Shown here in pieces: positions 26,478 to 64,000 of a stretch of DNA of 64,000 nucleotides (its first letter is position 1; every line of letters starts with the position of its first letter). The position numbers and the translations under genes are program-made. The notes below the pieces were generated by a model that was given only the letters and a program-made list of their open reading frames with translations, was not told the origin of the DNA and made no database searches. Source of the DNA: Balanoglossus misakiensis (lineage: Eukaryota; Animalia; Hemichordata); NCBI GenBank assembly GCA_040954595.2, contig CM082587.2, forward strand, positions 3,862,093 to 3,926,092. Direction: 5' to 3'.

Positions 26478-27970
26478 GATGTTCCCAAGCTTTTGTTTTA
26501 TAAAGGCCCAGAATATCGTCCTGTCTGCGGCTGCGCAAGTTCTTTGTAAGCCATTAATACATGATTTATGTGTGCTGTAACAGTCATTTAACATTAATGT
26601 GATCATTTTCCGACCATATTTCAGCGATCAGATTGAATTTGTTGGATATCTTGTTTACATTCCCAAGCAGGAAGGGGTCTTATGGTCATAAGTATCGCGC
26701 TCCCTTAAGACCCCGTTCTGCTTGGGATGGTCCATTTTTATGATGAAATTTAAACGTAACCAACATTGTACTAAACCCTAGTGTAAATTCCTCACTGGCA
26801 TTTTCTGTCAGTGGCCGAATTTGCCCACAAGAATCCATTTTGAACGGATTCTGGAAACCCGAAACTGGCCACAGCAGACAAAAAGTAATTGAGACCATTA
26901 CAGCAGATCTTTTCATGGGTAATGATACATACCACGTCTTTTTGTGTGGATTCAATAGAACTCTCCCTCTCTCCAAGGTTGAATTCACTCACCCCCGCCA
27001 AAACAAACAAAATGTCCCATGCGCAAACATGACTTGCATGTACATATATTAATCATCAGATTCTGTCATTGAATTCTGTCCCCAAATTTTCCACTGAATC
27101 CGACTTACAACCACCTGTTGCTTGGGTACATCAACACGCACACAATCTGATTTTCATGTCAACATAGCTGCCAATTTTATTCATTTCTAAAAAATGACCT
27201 ATCCCCAGTGTTCTTGAAATCCTATATTTTAATATCAATATTTGATTTTCTTTCACATTTAGCTTTTACTGTGGCTGCTATAAAGTACACAAACGTCCGA
27301 TTGCCTACTTGAATAGTGATAACAGTAGCAAGTACTAACACCGACCTACAGTAACATGCTTCAGACTTCTTCATTTTCTAGCCGTTCAGAAACATGTGTA
27401 AAAACTACAGTACACTTAACCCATCTAAACATCAAAGAAACCGAGAAAATTTACTCATGACATATTTCGAGATTATCTACAGCTGTTTTCATATCCGTAT
27501 ATTCCGTCTTTTGACCTATATCTGAATTGACATTGAGTCTAAAAATTGGAATTATTGCGATCTTACTTCCAATTCTATAAAAATGTCCAGATCAGTGAAT
27601 TTTTCCAAAGGATCAACAGGAAAACATGAAACCCTTATAGCCATGAAGCTTGTGAAAAATGAACCATTGCATAAATTGACATTTTTCACGAACAGAATTC
27701 TACCAAGAGTATAAGCCTCTTCAGTACAATGTATTTTATAAAATAAGGTTAATTTAAACTATAAAGAAATAAAATTACAAGTGTGTATCTTCAGGAACGT
27801 GTGTTTACAGAGGATATAAAATCGTAGAATTTACCAAAACATGATAAAAAGCTATTGCAATCTCAACATGACAGGAGATGTCTATAAATATCACAACAGC
27901 TAGCACACCAAGTCAGTTTTCAAATTTAAAAGCTACTGTAAAACATTTAACCTTTATAACTGTTAGTGGT

Positions 27971-30900
27971 TTACTTTGCAGTGTCTATGGCCACACCCTT
28001 TCTATCATACATGTCTGCGGGATCTGTAGAAAGAGCCGACAGCAAAAATTTCGCCACATCTTCACGAGTTATCTCGAAACGACCACCTTTCACAAACTGA
28101 CGTACTTCTGCGAGAATTTCCTGACCTGAAAGATAGATCACACGTTTAACGAAATAAATTAGATAACTAGTATAGGGGCAAATATAAAAAATGTTGGTCA
28201 ACATCTGTATAAAGATTTTGTTTTCTCCCCTGTGAAAACTCTGGCATACTCGCTAGCCAAAGTCATCTACCTCCTATTCTTGCGACACAGAAACTGCTGC
28301 CGTAAAGAGGTCGTGATATACGACGATGAAACTCTGGCTTCTTGTACAATTAAATATTCTGCCGCTTTCAAGTGTACATGAGGAATGGCTATAGTTTCTG
28401 TTCACAAATTATTTCCGTCAATTTTCAACAATAACGATAGGGCTGTGTTTAAAAAGAAATTATGAGCAACAAAAAACCCACAGTTGACACCCAAAACAAA
28501 CAAAAAATGAGAAATCGGCCCCAAGTTGGTGTTACCAGGAGCTGTTGTGGCCAAAATTCGGATCATCATCTCAGCAATTAAGTCTTTTCAGTACATTCAG
28601 TTGTTATGTCACGATCATGTCACTGCTTCTATTTACAATTTGGCTTTAAGCGAGAACATTCCATGGACTATTGTTTGCATTCAAATAAATTACGTCAGCA
28701 ACGGAAGAGGCCAGTGCATTTACTTTCTTTCTTGATGCGCCTAAAGCAAAGTGTTTGACGCAGTGGGGTTTTTTGACAGAAACGGTTCATGCATACAGTC
28801 ACTGCATTTGCCCTTCCTGTATCGGCAAACGTCACCTATATAACTGATCAAGCAAGCTTCTTCACAGGCACATGGCTTAATGGCAAAGTGAAAGTGTTTT
28901 TTCGTGGTCACATGGATTGATAAACCCGACCAGATGTAACTTTCACTGTATTGTTTTTTTATTGATCACTTTGCAATTGTTTGCTAAGAATGCACTGTGA
29001 AGTGGGCTGGCGAGGGACATGAGTTGAAGCGACCTACTCTTTGATGGAGTTTTCAGTAGTACCGGTGGCCGTACGATGGTGAAGTTGATATCATTGTTTT
29101 CTTCACTGAACAGGAACTTTTCCATTCTCTCCATGTCATTCAAATAAGCGCGGAGCATGAAAGGTCTTACAAACCGTTCCATGAAAAAGGGACCGCGGTC
29201 ACCTCTGACAGCTGCAATCAAAGAAACCCACACATGCTCATTTCTACAACCTAAGCCAGTTACAGCAGTGGTCATCCTTAGTTGACGCATCACTGAGCAG
29301 AAACCATTACGGAAAACAAATTATATGTGCTCATGCATCAGTACTGTGCCCAAACAACGTGGGCGGGAACAAAGATGAAGACATTTGCGAAAATACTCAT
29401 CGATGTCCACATAGACAAGATCCTCGTAATATAAATTGGATGAAAAGTTTAATTTGTAAGCATGAAAATCGAAAACAGAAACTCCGGATACCCTGTAGAT
29501 TTCATCCAACATAGGATACGATGTATAAGCGTAGGCTGGGCGAATCAAAAGTCTGCTGTACAAATTCAGACTTTCTGAAACTACAAGATTTGTATACAGC
29601 ATCAGGCAATAAAATACAGAAATAAAATTGCCAGAAGTTACAGAAAGTGGACTTTTAATAAGAAGTATAACATGGAATGATTTTTAGACCTTACCCGACA
29701 CACACCAAGATGTTATGCACAGAAATCGCGGAACCCCGGCCGTTCGCACAGCAGGTATGATATGCCGTATGGTCTCCGAATAAAAATTCACTTTGACGAA
29801 TGGACCCATATTAAATCCGGTGACACCGAGGCATGAGATGACAGCATCAACTCCTTGAAAATGTGGCACTAGAGATTCTTCCGAGAATATACTGCCCTCA
29901 ACCACCTGGCATAAGGAGAGAGACCCTACGATCAGCGATGACATGCATGTGTAAAGTGAATGTGAAGTTATAACGCAAATCAAATAATAAATTGGACAAA
30001 GAGATCGTCTTATTTGTACTGTCATTTTTTTCTTTTTGTCTTAACCACGCACCAAATTTCACTCATTTTAGTTAAATGTGGTTTTTTCAACGAACAGTAT
30101 ACTAACAATTTCAAAATCGGAATTCATAGAATTGACATTTTTGAGAAATGAGTTAAATTTTACCAAACCTGAACAAAAACGGTTATGCAACCATATCTAG
30201 TATCATGAGACAGCTCTAATTAATTAATGAACTGGCGTGTATGCCCGTGTCTACGCATAATACCTAAGACATGACAGGACCACTTATGTCATGCAGCCAA
30301 CAGCTGGCTAATAATAGCGTTTGCAAATCAACATAACTGGCTGAATGCTGTCTATAAAGGCCATTCACACCTAGCACCTATCATGATGGCAAAGCACTTT
30401 CACTATTATTATGCTGACAAGATCGCCAATCGATGATGACAAACGCGCTCTTATGTAACTCGGTACACACGCGTACCTTGCACATCAAACAAAGCGCGCT
30501 GTCAGTCCCCCACCCCCACCCGACCCCACCAAGGCCTGAGGTCATGACAATATAACCTTCACTTTTTTATATTTCATAAAAAGTAATTTCGCTGTAGTCA
30601 ATAATCAGACGATCGGCGATTTATCAATCTCTGTACTGCCGTACGTACTGCGCTTCGGATTTCAATGAGTCATTCTGAACACAAACACTGTCGCGGCGGG
30701 TCCAATGCCCGACCACTCCCCGAGCTCGGCTGTGCTTCCTTGACAAGGAATCACGCGTATACCGGGGACTCAGCTTGGCCTAAAACTATAAACTCGGTTG
30801 AAACGATTTAATCGCCCTGAACGCCGGTCAGATTCAGCCTATCCTAACTCGTGCTTGACCAAAGCCTAAACATCACCAAAAACAGTTTTTTTCCCCTCGA

Positions 30901-31317
30901 ACTCGAATGGACCTGTTCCCTTCCACTGATACAGGGGATACGTGTGTCGAGAGTCGGGGTCGAGTCTGAGAGTGTGCGTCTGCATTCTCGACATCATTGT
31001 AGGGTTATAATCTAGTTACTTTCATCATAGACCCTGTAGCGAAAGGGTCTATGCTTTCATGAATAAATCATCGCTTGCGATAGTACTGTATCAACGGATG
31101 ATGAAATAAAGTTATCATTATTAATTAACCTCACGAAAATATTATTTCACAATTGTATACATCGAAAGTAGGCCAGACGTACCTGCAAGTTTTCATGTTC
31201 CTGTGTTACCTTTGACTTTGTTCGGACTATAGCCACCACGGTATGGCCGGCTTCAAGGGCGTGTCGCAATAAATGTTCACCGGTACCTCCAGTGGCTCCC
31301 AACACAGCAATCTTCAT
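27971..31317 (-). CDS. BLVRB: Flavin reductase (NADPH)/biliverdin reductase B-like NAD(P)-binding protein, paralogue B, 4 exons, ~224 aa
   Basis: Exons: 31317-31183, 29905-29695, 29211-29038, 28125-27971 (675 nt). Motifs MKIAVLGATGGTG, DAVISCLG, TIVRPP and ITREDVAKFLL. Intron positions are the same as in paralogue A. Confidence 0.85.
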
Positions 31318-32613
31318 GGTGTTCCTATTAAGTCAACGTCTTGTTCGAGACTGCAGGTGATCTGGCGGCTGTGTCCGAACGGAGTGCGCATAAAGCTACC
31401 ATCCCCCGCTCATGAATATTTCACCAGTTATGCAAAATTATAAAGTGTATGTAGGCCTATGCCCCGCCTGTAGGGGCCTAACCTGCATTGGAGCTTCCAG
31501 CAACTAAACTTTTGGGTGATCATTGTCAATAATTTTGGCTTTAACTAAGCAATTTCGAACTAGGCCAACATGCATGTATTAAATTCTTAACGAGAGAGAG
31601 TAATTCATTTATTTGTATTATGTATTTGCGGCTATCGTCACCGAAACTCATCACAGTTGCTCGTGATTAGCTGTTTGAAGAGGGCGTGGCCAAAAGAACT
31701 GACCAATGAAAAACCACCTTACGGACCAAGTGCGCCAACTGGATCGACAGCCCCAAGGACGGACGCTGTCATAAGCTTTGAAGTGGAAAAGTGGTTCTTA
31801 TTAGGGCTGGGGCGACACACCCAGGCCAAATAGTCTGCATGCATGTCTAAAGACAGCACACCATCCCTAAAGGGCATCCATCCGTATGACGTAATCACGA
31901 ATGATTATGTCCATTTTGGTTTAATCGACTGCGTGTGTAATTACATTTCAATCATAATAATTACATACAGATGGAATTATGCCGGGGAATTATGTAGATG
32001 TGACCACTTTAAGGCGTGGTGCGTGGGTGAATAACCTTTACTCAAGGCCAAATGCCTTGAGTAAAAACCTACATGTGTTTAAGACAGTAGCCAGAATTAC
32101 AGTCGGTTACAGTCACTTTGCCGTTTTTATATGTAGCAAACAAACGCACTTTACACGGAACATGCAATTTGCTTATCCAACGGAGACGACAGAAAGAGTT
32201 AAAGGGTGGGTGTCATCCCATCAGCGGCTTTAGTATAACACTTCCTTCATGCACTTTCGTTTTTGAAAACTTGATAAAAAGGGCAAAAACAGCCAAACTC
32301 CACACAGATGTATTTTTTTAATTCTTTATAAAAACCAATGCAACGGTTTATTTATTACCATAAATTATGAAATGACTATACATTGATTGACAGCTGAAAT
32401 AAGTTAAAACCATGGAAGGATTTCTTAATGTTGTAACTACATCCCTGATTCCTGAAAACACGGTCCATATCAACCGACCCTGGCAATCATGTTGCAAAGT
32501 CCTATATGAGCTATAATCTGATGGGTCCTTCCTTTCACCCCATTTACTTGGGGTCAAGGGTCAACCAAACTTTACAACGTGACTGCAGGGAAGCTGTCGG
32601 ATCGATCTCAGGC

Positions 32614-32707
32614 TTAACCCTTCCACCCCCATTTCCTCTTTTCAGAGGTCCAACTTTACCACAGAAACATGTTCATTTGGCCCAAACCACGGTGGCGAAA
32701 GGGTTAA
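32614..32707. mobile_element. piggyBac-type MITE (~86 bp) with TTAA target-site duplication
   Basis: TTAA|CCCTTCCACC...GGCGAAAGGG|TTAA. The internal AGAGGTCCAAC...TTTGG.CCAAACCA core is shared with other copies in the window. Confidence 0.7.
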
Positions 32708-32792
32708 AAAATGCACGGTGATTTCAGGATTCTGGAAACAACAAAATAAATCCACCGAGTAAACCAGATTTAAGCTTTTCATTCCATGCTGG

Positions 32793-32837
<45 letters not shown>
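32793..32837. repeat. (ATC)n microsatellite, ~15 units
   Basis: Perfect trinucleotide run; it explains the poly-Met ORF in the track. Confidence 0.95.
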
Positions 32838-35800
32838 GTCTATCCACAACTGTTGGTTGCATTACAGCATCACCATCGCAATCCCTGTTTCAGTCCTAAA
32901 CTCTACTAGAATTACTTTTCTTTGCTATCCCATGGTGCACATTTTTTGAAGCTTTCACTCTCGGCCATGTAAAAACATCTCTTCCCCTTTAAAATTCCAT
33001 CACATATTTTCTTTCAAGAAATCTCCAATGGGGAATAAATATATAATAAATTCAGTTATTCAAATTTATGACCCATACCATTTGAAAGGCAACAGGGTCG
33101 GACAAAAGTTCACAAAGGGGCAGAAAGTCAGCCCAAAACAGGCAAGATGCATACAGTATTTCATCTTGAAAGTCATTTTCACTTTTTTCATAGAAAGCCT
33201 TTTCAATTGAGAAAAATCTTTTTTTTTTTTCATTTTACACATTTAAGATGTCTGAAGTTTTGAAAAAATTTTAATGTTAATTTTAAATCAGTTTGATAAG
33301 TCAATTGGCAAATTTTGTGATGTGAGATTAGAACAAGATCCTGTGATACAAACTGTGTGAACATAGGGAAGCATCTTTCTAAAACAGATACTTGATTGCG
33401 GTAAACCACAACTATAATCTCCATTCTCTTTCAGAATGAAACTTTTTAGAAGAATTAAAGCCCCATAAGTTGCAACTTTAGTATAATTTTAATGATAAAT
33501 ACAACACGGAATACTGCCATAGTTGTACATGTACTCTTGCAACAGGAGACTGAATAAATGGGTGTGGCACCCCTTTATTGTGGAGCTTTAAACATGAAGA
33601 TTGGTGGCCACACATTCCTGTTTGCGTGCACGATGGAATAGCAAGGAGCTCTGCCACAATACACCTTCTCTGCTAAATTCTATTCAAAGGTTCATGGATA
33701 TGTCACGTGTAGATGCATTTCATCCTTACCGTCTACAACATACAGGTTTCCATTCATATAAAAGTTGGTATCAAATGGACACTGAACTAGCTACCGTACA
33801 ACAGCTAAATTGGCTAGCCACTTTGGTTATTAACACGAAGCCTTGGGACTGCACTGTCCCGTCTATTGACAGAGTAACGATGAAATGCCATCTAGCTGAA
33901 CTCGGGCAAAGGAAACGATCCAGTCCAAGTTACATCTCGTTTTGGGAAATTGATATTTTGTGAACGCTTGTAGGTCAGATAAATTGTGAAAAAATAAACA
34001 AATTTTGTTATTACATCATCAGAATGGGGGAGACCAATAAGTGGGAATTGGATAAAGACTAGGATTTTAAAAAACTTGTATTTCTAACTACATTGGCTAA
34101 AAGTTTACTTAAGAAGCTGGAAATTGTACATAATCTTTTTTTTTTTCAAGTTCTTAGCTCCAATGTTCTAAATGCTTTGTAATGTCCGTGTAGAAATGGG
34201 TGGGGTGTGTCTATGTGTGTACGTGTTAGTGTGATGTGTAAATTTTAATTACAATAGGAATATCTATCTATCTAACTATTTTCATTATATAACTATTGCA
34301 CGCTAGGTAGGGTTTTGTTAGTGGTAACAACGGTGCTGTAAACTCTTGCTCCTCCAACTATTAACAGATTCCTTGCTTTCAGCCTCATGCATGTGTCAAT
34401 CTCATATGCATCATGTGATTTACGCTGTCCAATCAGCGACACTGTTACAAGAAACAACTGTATCATGTGATTTCTACTGTCCGATCAGCAACATTTCATG
34501 GAAACAACCAGTGATTTTTCGTTATCTCATCCATCAATGAATCTCGCTGTGTCGTCTACCCTGTAAACTTACATTATATGTCAGAAAAAAGATGCAAAAA
34601 TTCTTATATAAAATGTTGCAACTTGTCCATAAATAAGAGTAAATTCAGAGAAAAAATGTACATCCACCTGAAATGTGTATACAAACCTATTTCTCATACG
34701 AGCAGTAAACTGGTTCAATATTTATGCACAGTAAATTACATGTGGTCAGAAAAAAAACTTAAATTGATTCAAAATATTTTCATCCATAACTGCAGCTTGC
34801 ATAGTCGGTCAATGTTTGAGAAACAATATGTTGCAAATCAAGTACTCAAAAAAGTATATTACACTAATGTAAAATAAAACTTCTTATGGGGGGAGGAGAG
34901 GGGTGGGGGTCAGCCCTGCTGAAAATGATTTCTCAGGCATAGAATATAAAACAAAATAAACCGCAGCAGCAGCAGCACACATTGTGAAAGCTCAAGATTT
35001 CTTTCAACTCTCATTACTTATCCCAATCATCCGTTACTTGAAATAATGTACAACGAAATACTATACATAAATCGACTTTGCATAAATTAAAATGATATGA
35101 ACATCTTGGTATAGCGGTTTTCTTTTTTTTTTTCTTTTTTTTTCTTTTTCGACTTCAGAATGATTATCAGCCAAGTGGAAGAGAGCTTATGGAATGAAGT
35201 ATTTGTGAAAAAAGCACAATTTTGTTTTGGAATATTGTAATGTACAATATACTTCACCAATAAAGGAACAGAAGGTGCTCTGCTGAATTTTTCAATTTTT
35301 TTTTTTGACATGAAACAAATTTGTCGTAATTATGTTTGAGAATCTACTCTTTAAACTGTCACAAAGTCTAGAATTCCTAGCCACTAACTTGACACTGCCC
35401 AATGATATATACAAAATAGGTGCAGAAATGTGATGTAAAGTTGATGGTTACAGGTAATTCAACAATTTATGTACATGGAAAAAAAAATGAAAAGTCCTTC
35501 CTTCATATCTAACAACTACAGATCGTGTCTACATTTAAAAGTTTTTCCCCCATTTTTATGGTAGAAAACTTATCAGTTATTTGATAATGTTGAATAATTT
35601 AATACTCTAGTTTGTTCCATCACCACGGTGACATGATGCTTTGAAGTCTATATGCTTTTTTTTTTCTCATCGAGCAATTGACAAAGCTGCTACAATTTTA
35701 AGAGTTGTCACTTTTTGGCTGCCACAATTGCGAGACTGACTAGTATAAACTCTCAACAACGATACTGCACAATGTTCATTGTTGCCGGCATCGAGGGGGT

Positions 35801-35953
35801 TACTTCGGTATTTATTGTAAATTCAGACTAAAAAGTTAACACAGACAGGCAGCAGACGGTTAGCAACAAATTTGGCATTCGTTGTTTGCATTTCCATGGA
35901 TACAGCTTTGTTATTATTATTATTTATTTTTTTGTGGTATTTTCTAATAAAGT

Positions 35954-64000
<28,047 letters not shown>

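Noticed and set aside
27630-30180. AATTGACATTT segments at ~27,673 and ~30,130 resembling the satellite
   Set aside because: The match is only ~11 bp in AT-rich DNA, insufficient to claim that the satellite derives from a dispersed repeat.

Overview
Eukaryotic (animal, probably marine invertebrate; taxon cannot be fixed from sequence alone) AT-rich genomic DNA. Bases 1 to ~14,225 are a highly homogeneous 88-bp tandem satellite (~160 copies) with an orientation flip at ~2,110. Five intron-containing genes follow, all on the minus strand and reading toward the satellite. I reconstructed their exons by hand from GT/AG sites and codon phase. They are: (1) a 10-exon MetX-family serine O-succinyl/acetyltransferase (fungal Cys2-like) with an unusual repeated C-terminal extension; (2) a 5-exon calcium channel flower (CACFD1) gene; (3, 4) two tandem flavin reductase/BLVRB-like paralogues; and (5) the 3' half of a Cav2 voltage-gated calcium channel alpha-1 gene, from the end of the II-III linker to the C-terminus. 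The most striking content is the inferred alternative-splicing architecture of Cav2. It has a duplicated, frame-enforced mutually exclusive pair of 151-nt exons encoding the domain IV selectivity-filter loop, outer pore and half of S6, with opposite loop charge. It also has two candidate microexons in the DIV S3-S4 linker, a ~1.4-kb optional C-tail exon rich in RRxS sites, and a non-canonical ...DWY C-terminus. Several small non-autonomous DNA transposons and CTCF-like motifs are also visible. Gene identities come from recalled motif similarity, not database searches; alternative exons are predictions.
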